DNA of 37,125 nucleotides from a virus (lineage: Duplodnaviria; Caudoviricetes), in the IMG/VR virus record IMGVR_UViG_3300033067_000034, positions 1-37,125 of that record. One strand, given 5' to 3'. A program made the position numbers and the translations under genes. The notes below the pieces were generated by a model. That model did not search any database. It had not been told where the DNA came from and saw only the letters and a list, made by a program, of their open reading frames with translations. Shown in pieces: positions 27,511 to 35,100 of the stretch. How positions within the stretch are numbered: position 1 is the first letter of the stretch; each line of letters begins with the position of its first letter.

Positions 27511-27890
27511 GACTCCATCCTTTTGGCAAACTCGGCCATCAGTTCCTGCGCGACACTTTGAATCCCATACGCTTCTTGTTCGCGTCCGGGTGTGATCTCA
27601 CCGTAGTAGTCGCACCATTCTTGCCATGCGTGAACGGCCTCGTGCACCAGCAGTCCGGCAACTTCGATGGGGTTTCTGTTCTCCCACCCAGCCAAGCACA
27701 CGATGCAAGCCAACCCCTTGGGTGATGCAATGTGGTGTGCTGTTGCGTTGGCGTGTGGGGTCTTGATCCAGTTGTCCACCGCACCAACACCCATGTCTTT
27801 GAGCGCGGCCTTGTACTCGTCCTCAGACAAGCACAGGCAAAGAAAAGGACCGGGTGCGCTGATTCGCCGGTCAAGCCAGTTGATCTTCAT
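27507..27890 (-). CDS. Hypothetical protein with HExxH (zincin-like) motif
   Basis: LLVHEAVHAW…EQEAY. Confidence 0.65.
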   Translation of the reverse strand: MKINWLDRRISAPGPFLCLCLSEDEYKAALKDMGVGAVDNWIKTPHANATAHHIASPKGLACIVCLAGWENRNPIEVAGLLVHEAVHAWQEWCDYYGEITPGREQEAYGIQSVAQELMAEFAKRMES

Positions 27891-27985
27891 TTGGGTTTCT
27901 TTCCAAAGATCGCGTCCCAGTTGTCGCGGAACTTCTGGGGGTCGGGGATCGGTCTTGGCGCGGAGCCTTTACCACCATCACTCAT
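27887..27985 (-). CDS. 32-aa protein (not in ORF track)
   Basis: MSDGGKGSAPRPIPDPQKFRDNWDAIFGKKPK; GGAG RBS; ATGA overlap. Confidence 0.6.
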   Translation of the reverse strand: MSDGGKGSAPRPIPDPQKFRDNWDAIFGKKPK

Positions 27986-27987
27986 AG

Positions 27988-28542
27988 TCAGTTCTCCAAT
28001 CTAGGGGTCACATCAATCACTTCAGCTTCAATGATCCGAGCCTGGGCCGCAGCCAGCGCATCGGTGATCGAGATCGTCCCGCCAAGCTCCACGGTCTTGG
28101 TCTCGCCGTACTTCTTGCGATTGTGTGCGCCCATGAGCCATTTACGAGTGTCGATCTTCAATCGGGAACGCTGGACGTCCTCCAGCGAGTCATCGGCGTC
28201 GGCAATCTCGATGATCTCGCCAGCCATGAACTCGGTGCGCATTTCTTGGGCTTCATCAAACAACTGCTTGCGCTGCGGATCTTTCTTGATCCACCGGTAG
28301 AAGTCGTTGTAGTCGATGTCCCGCTGATCGTCCCGCAGCACCTGGGACAGGGATTTGCCGTGGGCAATCGAGTCGATGGCTCGCATGAACACCTGCTCGT
28401 ACTGCACGAGGGTGAGTGCTTTGACCTCTGCGGGCATTTTGGCCAGCGGGGTGTCGGATCGTGGCGCAGGGTCGAGCCAGTCTGGTAGTTCGAGTTGATG
28501 TGCGACATCTGCGCCTACGGGATTGGGGTTCAATGTGTCCAT
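27988..28542 (-). CDS. terS: Terminase small subunit (Sf6 gp1-like)
   Basis: IAHGKSLSQV…FYRWI…EIIEIAD…RSRLKIDTRKWLM…KKYGE. Confidence 0.85.
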   Translation of the reverse strand: MDTLNPNPVGADVAHQLELPDWLDPAPRSDTPLAKMPAEVKALTLVQYEQVFMRAIDSIAHGKSLSQVLRDDQRDIDYNDFYRWIKKDPQRKQLFDEAQEMRTEFMAGEIIEIADADDSLEDVQRSRLKIDTRKWLMGAHNRKKYGETKTVELGGTISITDALAAAQARIIEAEVIDVTPRLEN

Positions 28543-28555
28543 AGTGGTACTGAGT

Positions 28556-29038
28556 CTAGCACTGTGTGGGGATCAGCAACTGTTCAGCAAATTTTCTTGC
28601 AGCCGCTGCTTCCTCAATTGTCTTGTAGGTTCCTAGTCGATATGTCACACCAGCCACTTTGATACTGGTCTGCCAATTGTTTTCTTTGGTGCGGTACACA
28701 CCTTTGATCTTTGATGCGGGGTTTCGGTGAGAACTGTTGTGCAGATTGGTGGAATGTGAAACCGAACGCAGGTTTGCGATCCTGTCATCGGTGGGGTCGC
28801 GATTGATGTGGTCGATATCACCATCGGGAAACTCCCCATACACATACAACCACGCCAACCGATAAGCGGTGTAGCCTTTTCCATCAACCCCAATGTACCG
28901 GTATCCAAATTTTGATTTGCATCCTGGCTCATCGCCAATTTGCTGACGACCCCACTTAGTCAAGCGGGTGAACTTACCAGTGTCAGGGTTGTAGTGCAGC
29001 AACTGCTTTAGACGCTCTTGTGTGATGTTTGGTTTCAT
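28556..29038 (-). CDS. HNH endonuclease with AP2-like C-terminus
   Basis: LLHYNPDTG…YRLAWLYVYGE…IDHINRDPTDDRIANLR…LGTYKTIEEAAAAR. Confidence 0.85.
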   Translation of the reverse strand: MKPNITQERLKQLLHYNPDTGKFTRLTKWGRQQIGDEPGCKSKFGYRYIGVDGKGYTAYRLAWLYVYGEFPDGDIDHINRDPTDDRIANLRSVSHSTNLHNSSHRNPASKIKGVYRTKENNWQTSIKVAGVTYRLGTYKTIEEAAAARKFAEQLLIPTQC

Positions 29039-29056
29039 TGAAGCAGTGTACCACGG

Positions 29057-29097
29057 ATTTAAAAAATTAAATAAAAATTTTAAATCAAATCAAATTG
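29057..29097. other. AT-rich tract (unwinding element or UP element)
   Basis: atttaaaaaattaaataaaaattttaaatcaaatcaaattg in a GC-rich genome; minus-strand TGG-TACACT extended -10 at 29046-29054. Confidence 0.5.
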
Positions 29098-29211
29098 TTC
29101 GCGGTACCGCCGTAACCGTGACCCTTAGTCCGTCGGCCCTACCCCCTCCCCCTCGGGCACCCAGGGCATCGCGGCACCCGTGCTCCACGGCGTGAGCCCA
29201 TGAGCCCATGG

Positions 29212-29358
29212 ATCAAGTGACCCAGTGGGTCAAATGGCCATCAAGTGACCCAGTGGGTCAAACGGCCATCAATGCACCCAGTGGGTCAAGGAATCGCGGC
29301 CACCATGGGTCAACCCAGCGGGTCACGTGAACCCAGCGGGTTATGACCCAGCGGGTCA
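29212..29358. repeat. Array of palindromic (TG)ACCCAG(T/C)GGGT(CA) motifs
   Basis: Copies at 29218, 29246, 29274 (28-bp period), 29312, 29331 and 29344, plus a half site near 29307. Confidence 0.9.
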
Positions 29359-29370
29359 CGGGTGCGGGTT

Positions 29371-29543
29371 TGTTGCCATGTTGCCGTTGATTCCGCAACG
29401 CAGTGACCGTGTGACTTCGCGCCCAGGAAGGGGTGATAGACGAGTTTTTTAAAACACCCTTTTAATCTCTTTTCCCTGAATCCTTTTCCCCTTCCACAAG
29501 TCACAATGTGCGGATCATGTATAATTGCGGCAACATGGCAACA
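29371..29543. repeat. Long nested imperfect inverted repeat
   Basis: 16-bp perfect arms 29371-29386/29528-29543, with three inner stems in nested order. Confidence 0.8.
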
Positions 29544-29560
29544 TTGATGAAAGGCACCCC

Positions 29561-30052
29561 ATGAATCGCGAATCCCTTGAAGAACTTGCTTTCCAGCGCA
29601 CCACACTCGACGCCGATGTAATTGAATCCCTGAGCTATGAACAATTGCGCGAGCTATTGCACATGCGCCCCACTGATCCCATTAATCCAGCGAAGTCCAG
29701 GAAGCAACGCCCCATCAAACAGCGAGCCATTGCGATCAAACTTGATCGAGCCGACTTTGTGGAAAGCAAGAGCGGCCAACTCGTGCGCCGTGAGACTTAC
29801 ACCGATGGATCACTTGTCTATGTTCGCTGCGGTGAGCGTGTCCAATTCGAAGGGCGCACAGTGAGCGCGTCTATCGTTCTTCACTGGGTGCGCACTGGTG
29901 AACGCGTAACCCGTGCGCCGCGAGCCGTGAAGCCTTTTCGCGCCGTGGTGCGCGAAGGTGATAAGGTCAGACACCTGGGTCGATTTGCAACCCGTGAAGA
30001 ACGGGACGCGGCTGTCTTAATGTATCGCTTAGGGAAATCACCTAGTAATTAA
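29561..30052 (+). CDS. Putative DNA-binding protein, degenerate HNH-AP2 type
   Basis: TATAAT at 29520-29525; AAAGG RBS; C-terminal FRAVVR…RHLGRFATREERDAA; no HNH catalytic segment. Confidence 0.6.
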   Translation: MNRESLEELAFQRTTLDADVIESLSYEQLRELLHMRPTDPINPAKSRKQRPIKQRAIAIKLDRADFVESKSGQLVRRETYTDGSLVYVRCGERVQFEGRTVSASIVLHWVRTGERVTRAPRAVKPFRAVVREGDKVRHLGRFATREERDAAVLMYRLGKSPSN

Positions 30053-30055
30053 ATG

Positions 30056-30103
30056 TTGACCCGCTGGGTTGTAGTTGTGATACAATCTAACCCAGTGGGT
30101 CAA
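30056..30103 (+). promoter_or_regulatory. Early promoter flanked by inverted operator copies
   Basis: TTGACC (30056-61), TGTGA-TACAAT (30076-86); ttgacccgctgggtt and aacccagtgggtcaa are inverted copies of the 29.2-kb motif. Confidence 0.65.
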
Positions 30104-30111
30104 CTGATCCA

Positions 30112-30262
30112 CTTGTAACCCGTAACCACTGTAAGGACTGAACCATGAACCGCGAAACCTTGAAAGATGTCACCCTGGCCGTTCTTATCGGCTTGGCACT
30201 CGCTGCCCTGCTGCTGCACTCGCTGGGTGCTCTGTTCCCCTTGTAACCCGTAACCACTGTAA
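30112..30262 (+). repeat. 23-bp perfect direct repeat cttgtaacccgtaaccactgtaa
   Basis: At 30112-30134 and 30240-30262, each just upstream of an AAGGA RBS and ATG. Confidence 0.9.
30145..30246 (+). CDS. 33-aa membrane peptide (not in ORF track)
   Basis: MNRETLKDVTLAVLIGLALAALLLHSLGALFPL; AAGGA RBS. Confidence 0.6.
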   Translation: MNRETLKDVTLAVLIGLALAALLLHSLGALFPL

Positions 30263-30273
30263 AAGGATCAATC

Positions 30274-30528
30274 ATGCAAGCCATTCAAACCCGATATTTT
30301 GCCCCCACGAATTCGCGTGGCTCACGGATCAAAGCCTGGGCCGCCGCCGGATCGATAACGATCCCTTACCCGTACGAACTGAGCGGTCAAGCGTGCCACC
30401 GCGCCGCCGCTGAAGCCTTGGTTAAAAAGCTGGGATGGGATGACCCCCATTACGGCGGGCTGCTGGGCGGATGCTTGCCCAATGGCGACCACTCGTTTGT
30501 CTTTAACTCTGACTTGTCCAAGGAGTGA
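30274..30528 (+). CDS. Hypothetical early protein
   Basis: MQAIQTRYFAPTNSRGSRIKA…; AAGGA RBS. Confidence 0.75.
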   Translation: MQAIQTRYFAPTNSRGSRIKAWAAAGSITIPYPYELSGQACHRAAAEALVKKLGWDDPHYGGLLGGCLPNGDHSFVFNSDLSKE

Positions 30529-30530
30529 CC

Positions 30531-30734
30531 ATGAACCGCGCCCCAATGACCGCCGCGCAGCTGGAAAAATCCATCTTTTGGCAAAACCATGTAATCCGCG
30601 AATCTCGCGATCCCGTACAGATCGCCCGATGCCGCGAAGCCGTCAAACGGCTAACCGCCCAGCTCGACGAGCTCTACGGTGCCGAAGACGAACCCGATTA
30701 CTCCACCTCTGACCGTTTCCAATTAGGAGAATGA
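30531..30734 (+). CDS. Hypothetical early protein
   Basis: AAGGAG RBS before ATG 30531. Confidence 0.65.
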   Translation: MNRAPMTAAQLEKSIFWQNHVIRESRDPVQIARCREAVKRLTAQLDELYGAEDEPDYSTSDRFQLGE

Positions 30735-30738
30735 CATC

Positions 30739-31062
30739 ATGATTGATCTATTGACACTTGAACCCAGCGAAGCCGAGCGCATCGCATACGCTGAAGGCTT
30801 CACCATGGCCGCCGAGCTTTTCGCACGGATTGACGAACTAACAGCCGAGCGTGACGCGCTGCAAGAGGAGCTGGAGACTCTCAAGGATGAACAGCCAGAC
30901 CCGCACCAGGTGCAGCAAGACGCGCAAGACCTTGAACACTTGAAGCGGTTTTTCTACGACTGCTTCGAGCGTCTCGCTGGCCATTACCCGTGCCCCGATT
31001 TCTCCAGTGACTACGACAAAAACGTAATTTTTGAGGCCATTGAGCGCGGAGAGGAACAATGA
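30739..31062 (+). CDS. Hypothetical acidic protein
   Basis: AGGAG RBS; coiled-coil centre. Confidence 0.7.
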   Translation: MIDLLTLEPSEAERIAYAEGFTMAAELFARIDELTAERDALQEELETLKDEQPDPHQVQQDAQDLEHLKRFFYDCFERLAGHYPCPDFSSDYDKNVIFEAIERGEEQ

Positions 31063-31118
31063 CCGCCATTGTTATATCGGCCATTGTCGCCCTGATCCTG
31101 GCCGCTTGGGGTAGCTAA
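31059..31118 (+). CDS. 19-aa hydrophobic peptide (not in ORF track)
   Basis: MTAIVISAIVALILAAWGS; GAGG RBS; ATGA overlap. Confidence 0.45.
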   Translation: MTAIVISAIVALILAAWGS

Positions 31119-31141
31119 CCCATCGTCACCCCGTAACCCAT

Positions 31142-31171
31142 CCCCTGATTTAACGGTCAGGGGCATTTTTT
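31142..31171 (+). terminator. Rho-independent terminator
   Basis: cccctga…tcagggg followed by ca-tttttt. Confidence 0.6.
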
Positions 31172-31194
31172 GACCCTTGAACAGGCAAACCCCT

Positions 31195-31488
31195 ATGACC
31201 GATAAAAAACCCGCTCAAAACCCCGATTTTGCCCCCGCACTGGTGGCCTTGATCGCCAGGCACCAATTGACCGAAGCCCAGGCCGCTGGCCTGCTGGGCG
31301 TGCCCGTGTTCACCCTTCGTAAGTGGCAAGCGGGCACCCGTGCACCCAGCGCCGCCGCCGTGCGCTTGGTGGACGTCCTGCTGACCCTTGAGACAATGGC
31401 ACCGGCGCTGCTGGCCGCGCTGATCCCCGCGGCAACTGCACCAGCCAAGCGCGGACGCAAACCCTCTGGGGCAAAAAAGCCCTTATAA
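31195..31488 (+). CDS. XRE/Cro-like HTH protein
   Basis: HQLTEAQAAGLLGVPVFTLRKWQAGTRAPS; AT-hook-like KRGRKP tail. Confidence 0.75.
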   Translation: MTDKKPAQNPDFAPALVALIARHQLTEAQAAGLLGVPVFTLRKWQAGTRAPSAAAVRLVDVLLTLETMAPALLAALIPAATAPAKRGRKPSGAKKPL

Positions 31489-31525
31489 GGCGTTTGAAAC
31501 TTTTCTGAAATTGAATGGAGTAAAA

Positions 31526-31705
31526 ATGAATCACACTGAATCCGAATACATCAGCGAGGGCGCACGGTACGAACGCGCCCACTCGACCGAGAGCGCACGG
31601 GCCATCGCCTACAAGCTGCGGGCCATGCTGTCCAGCGAGAGGCCAGAGGACCAGTCCTATGCACGAGAACTGATCGAAAAGGGTCGCAAGGAGGCACGAG
31701 TATGA
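31526..31705 (+). CDS. Hypothetical protein
   Basis: GGAG RBS before ATG 31526. Confidence 0.65.
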   Translation: MNHTESEYISEGARYERAHSTESARAIAYKLRAMLSSERPEDQSYARELIEKGRKEARV

Positions 31706-31821
31706 GCACCCCAAAACCCTGGCCGTTCCCGCCCATCACGGGTCCCGTACCTTGGACCAAAAAGCAGATCGAAGATTACGCACGTCAGCAGCGTGAACAA
31801 CTACCGGAGGCACCCATGTGA
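31702..31821 (+). CDS. 39-aa Pro-rich protein (not in ORF track)
   Basis: MSTPKPWPFPPITGPVPWTKKQIEDYARQQREQLPEAPM; AGGAGG RBS; ATGA overlap. Confidence 0.6.
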   Translation: MSTPKPWPFPPITGPVPWTKKQIEDYARQQREQLPEAPM

Positions 31822-31841
31822 AAAAGCCCCTTGCGGGGCTT
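31821..31841 (-). terminator. Terminator for primase gene (GCAA loop)
   Basis: Minus strand aagcccc-gcaa-ggggc-ttttt, just after the stop. Confidence 0.75.
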
Positions 31842-31843
31842 GA

Positions 31844-34321
31844 TCAATCCAGCAACTCAGCCCCGTGTACTCGGGGCTTTTCTTTTCTGGACAGCCTGTA
31901 AATCTCATCGAGCTGGCGCTGCTTCGCATCGATCACGGCCTTGCGGTGATCCTTGAACTGCACAGCCAATGCTGGGTTGATGGCCCACTGGGCGTGATGC
32001 TGGTTCTCTTTCGAGCCATCGTCCATGCGCATGACCCACCTGCCCTGCTCCAGCGGGTACATGGCCCCGTAGATCATTTGATCCTGCTGCCACACGTTCA
32101 CCTTCTCGATCTGTCTGCGGGCTGACCGCTTGATCTCGGCCATCGTGATGGTGGACTCATCGGCGTGCTGGATGATGTAGTCACGCAGCCACGTGTCGAA
32201 GTTGGACGCACCGGACAATTCGGACAGGGCATATCGGTAAGCTGGGACCACGTAGGACTTGACCAACTCAATCACCCGGTTGGCGATGTCTGCGGACACC
32301 ATCATGCTGAAAGGCGACTCGATCAGGTGGAACATGAGCATGATGCGCCCAGCTAGACCTTCGATCTTGCCAAACGCGGTCATGAATGTGTCGTCTGATT
32401 GCAACAGTCGTTCATCGTTGCGCTTGGCGTCGTACCAGTCTTGGAACTCCTGATACACGGCCTTGGCCTCTGGGGACAGCTGGTAGGTCATGGGAGGCAG
32501 GGCGAACACGATGCGCAGCGTTTGCTCCCACTGCTGCTTGTTGAGCAGGTAGTCGGGGATCTCGACGGGCTTGCGAGTCAGGTCACCGTTCAAAATGCAG
32601 GGCACGAATCGCTGCACCAGACCATCAGCGCTCAAGTTGTGCAGGCTCTCACGAAACACGCGAGGTTGGATGTTCCCGTAGATCGACACAGCCAGGTTCT
32701 CAGCGAAGATCGAGCCACTGCCCACACGGTCCATCTCATAACTACTCGACTCGTATGCCTTGACCCATGCCGAACGGTCCTCGCCGCTGGCCTTGTCGGT
32801 CAGCTTACGCACCCAGCTGTTCATCTCGTCAAGGGCGCACAGCAGACCCCGTGGGCGATCAGCTGCCAGGCGCACCAGTTTCTGGCTGGTCACGTCATCG
32901 ACGGTGATGCGCAGGGGCACGGGCTGCGGTGGCAGGTCATGCACCACTGGCGCTTGGTCAGCCCCGAGCATCGCATCAGGGCTGGCCGAGAACTCAAGGA
33001 ATGCCTTTTTGCTGGAGGCAAACATGGCCTCTTGACCCTCCCAGTCCAGCAGCTCCTTCTTGAACCGTGGACGGTCCTCCAGCTCCAAGTTCTTCAGTGG
33101 GGCCAGCATCGGGGCCGAGCCTGGTGTCTTCTTGTCCGCTGGTGCGCCGATGGTCATGAGCCACAGCACCGGGGGCACCTTGAAGTCCTTGATCAGCTCC
33201 AGTCGGGTGCGGGCATCGACGACACCGCAGACAGCGGCCAGCCCTGCGAACAGGGGCACCAAGGGGTCACAGCCCACGGTCTGGCCGATCTCCTCGGCAC
33301 GGCGGGCGATGACAGCAGGCCACAGAGATACGTCCATCATCGGTGGCCGTGGCCGCAGGTCAACGATGACAGACTTTGGGTCGGCTGGGGCCTCCACTGC
33401 GGCAAACATCGAGGAGATGTCGGGCAGGGGCTTGACCCACCCGTGCTGCTTGGCGATATGGAACAGACTGCCCAGCTTGACCGCTGTGGCCTTGTCGTTC
33501 CTGAAGCTGATCCACTGGGTGACGATTTCCTTTTCGCCGGGGTACTTGTCAACCGACTGCTGGCTCCAGTCGTGCCAGAGCGTCAAACCCTGATCCAGCT
33601 GGTCCGTCTGATCGCCCGCCCACTTGAGCGCCATGCCCACGGTGACCCACTCCTCACGGGAGCAGTTAGCAGGGATGGACTCAAGGGCTGACCGAATGTC
33701 GGACCACGATGCGTCAATCGCCTCACCGGTGCCGATGGTGCGCTCTTTGTCCTGCGCCAGCAGACCTTGCCACAGATCAAGCAGGGGTTGAGGGATCGTG
33801 GGCAGACGGGTCCAGTGGCCCTTACCGGCCCAGCGGTAGGGTTGGAGCGTGTCGGGGTGGATCGATGGGGGCATGACATCCTGCACCGTCAGGCCGTTGG
33901 CCGTGGCGCAGCGCAGCTCGTAGGCTGTGACGCTGTTGATCAGGATCTTTTTGGACGGCAGCGCCAGGCCAAAGGGCATCTGGTACAGCAGCTTGCCGTG
34001 ACCAGCCCTGCCCGAGTCCACGATGACAGCATCGTTGGCATCATATAGCGCTTGCAGATCGATACCGTGTTGCTTGAGCGCCACAGCTGTGGACTCCCAC
34101 TCGTCAATGTCCAAGGCCATCGTGCCGCTGTACGCATGGGCCAAACCGATGCCGTAACCCGATGGCAGATCGAGTTGGGACTTCAAAGCGTTGGTCTTGA
34201 GGTTCCAGCCTGGTGTGCGTGGCCCCTTGGTGCCTGCGGGGATGGGCACAAGTGACCAGCCGTGACGGATATACGCATCAATCGATGCAGGGTGTGCTTG
34301 TATTGATGGTATTGCTGTCAT
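31844..34321 (-). CDS. Bifunctional primase-polymerase + PriCT-2 + DUF3987/YfjI-like helicase
   Basis: GWSLVPIPAGTKGP…MALDID…GHG…VMPPSIHP (PrimPol); WVTVGMALK…WHDWS (PriCT-2); GAPADKKTP, DEM, DGLVQRF. ATG 34321 has a GAGG RBS. Confidence 0.85.
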   Translation of the reverse strand: MTAIPSIQAHPASIDAYIRHGWSLVPIPAGTKGPRTPGWNLKTNALKSQLDLPSGYGIGLAHAYSGTMALDIDEWESTAVALKQHGIDLQALYDANDAVIVDSGRAGHGKLLYQMPFGLALPSKKILINSVTAYELRCATANGLTVQDVMPPSIHPDTLQPYRWAGKGHWTRLPTIPQPLLDLWQGLLAQDKERTIGTGEAIDASWSDIRSALESIPANCSREEWVTVGMALKWAGDQTDQLDQGLTLWHDWSQQSVDKYPGEKEIVTQWISFRNDKATAVKLGSLFHIAKQHGWVKPLPDISSMFAAVEAPADPKSVIVDLRPRPPMMDVSLWPAVIARRAEEIGQTVGCDPLVPLFAGLAAVCGVVDARTRLELIKDFKVPPVLWLMTIGAPADKKTPGSAPMLAPLKNLELEDRPRFKKELLDWEGQEAMFASSKKAFLEFSASPDAMLGADQAPVVHDLPPQPVPLRITVDDVTSQKLVRLAADRPRGLLCALDEMNSWVRKLTDKASGEDRSAWVKAYESSSYEMDRVGSGSIFAENLAVSIYGNIQPRVFRESLHNLSADGLVQRFVPCILNGDLTRKPVEIPDYLLNKQQWEQTLRIVFALPPMTYQLSPEAKAVYQEFQDWYDAKRNDERLLQSDDTFMTAFGKIEGLAGRIMLMFHLIESPFSMMVSADIANRVIELVKSYVVPAYRYALSELSGASNFDTWLRDYIIQHADESTITMAEIKRSARRQIEKVNVWQQDQMIYGAMYPLEQGRWVMRMDDGSKENQHHAQWAINPALAVQFKDHRKAVIDAKQRQLDEIYRLSRKEKPRVHGAELLD
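31859..31888 (+). terminator. Terminator for the early plus-strand unit, inside the primase 3' end
   Basis: agccccg-tgtact-cggggct-tttcttttct. Confidence 0.6.
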
Positions 34322-34362
34322 AAAATCCTCTTGCTGGTGATCGCAGTTGCCAGTCGTTTCAT
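34318..34362 (-). CDS. 14-aa upstream ORF coupled to primase
   Basis: AAGGAG RBS; MKRLATAITSKRIL; stop overlaps the primase ATG (ATGA). Confidence 0.4.
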   Translation of the reverse strand: MKRLATAITSKRIL

Positions 34363-34376
34363 GGTGTTTCTCCTTT

Positions 34377-34413
34377 AAAAGCCCCGGTCTAACCACTGGG
34401 GCTTTTTCTTTTT
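34377..34413. terminator. Bidirectional terminator-like hairpin in the primase leader
   Basis: aaaagcccc-ggtctaaccact-ggggcttttt. Confidence 0.6.
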
Positions 34414-34433
34414 CCAAAAATATTTTTGAGTCT

Positions 34434-34474
34434 GTTGCACAATCGTATCACAGCTGTGCTACAATTTGTGCAAC
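34434..34474. promoter_or_regulatory. Palindromic divergent promoter pair with TGTGCAAC boxes
   Basis: Plus strand TGTGC-TACAAT (34455-65); minus strand TGTGA-TACGAT (34452-42); ends gttgcacaa/ttgtgcaac; centre cacagctgtg. Confidence 0.7.
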
Positions 34475-34490
34475 CGATCAGGAAATATTT

Positions 34491-34688
34491 ATGGCAACTC
34501 TTAAATCCAAATCAAAGTTTCTGACTGTACGGGTGTCCCCCGACAGTCACAAGAAATTTCACAGCAAGGTCAAGAATTTCGGGCAACCGTCTGAGATCTT
34601 GCGTGAAATCATCGAGGCGTTCATTGAAGACCGCCTTGTCATTCAACCCCCCGTAACTCGTAAAGAAAGTCTCTACCATGTCTCTTGA
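34491..34688 (+). CDS. Ribbon-helix-helix (Arc/CopG-like) regulator, 65 aa
   Basis: AGGA RBS; KFLTVRVS strand, helix A, GQPSEILREIIEAFIE helix B. Confidence 0.7.
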   Translation: MATLKSKSKFLTVRVSPDSHKKFHSKVKNFGQPSEILREIIEAFIEDRLVIQPPVTRKESLYHVS

Positions 34689-35100
34689 ATCCAAAATCGA
34701 AGCCCTGACCCAAGCCATTGTCGCCTTGACTAACAAGATCGAAGGCGTCAATGTACCAGTCTCTGCACCCGTTGCACCAGCACCTGCACCCGTGGTACAA
34801 GCTGCTCCCGTGGTTGTGTCTGTCGTTGACACCCCTGCGCCCGTGGTGACCGCCCCTGCGATGCCAGCGCCCCCTGCATTCGTGGCACCTGTTGCTGTTG
34901 CTGCCCCTGTGGCCACTGGTGCACCGTTCACCGACGGTAAGGGTCTGATCGACTACGTGATGGGTGCCTACAAGGCTCTCGGCCCGCAGAAAGGTGCTCA
35001 GATTCAGAACGTGCTGGTCGGTCTGGGTTACCAGAACATCAACGATGTCAAGCCTGAGCACTACGGCCAACTGTACGCTGGCGTTGAGGCACTCAAATGA
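34678..35100 (+). CDS. Hypothetical Pro/Ala-linker protein typical upstream of DUF2800
   Basis: MSLESKIEALTQAI…PA-rich linker…INDVKPEHYGQL. Confidence 0.75.
   Translation: MSLESKIEALTQAIVALTNKIEGVNVPVSAPVAPAPAPVVQAAPVVVSVVDTPAPVVTAPAMPAPPAFVAPVAVAAPVATGAPFTDGKGLIDYVMGAYKALGPQKGAQIQNVLVGLGYQNINDVKPEHYGQLYAGVEALK

Noticed and set aside
29212-29358. Possible mini-CRISPR array
   Set aside because: Intervening sequences are short and near-identical rather than unique spacers, spacing is irregular, and there is no cas operon.
29371-29543. Protelomerase (telRL) site or transposon ends
   Set aside because: The palindrome is interrupted by a long loop, and no protelomerase or transposase gene was recognised.
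32399-33691. 430-aa plus-strand ORF
   Set aside because: Antisense shadow of the primase-helicase gene.
34347-34490. N-terminal extensions of the RHH ORF (from 34347) and primase (from 34417)
   Set aside because: They run through hairpin or promoter DNA; RBS-supported ATGs are at 34491 and 34321.
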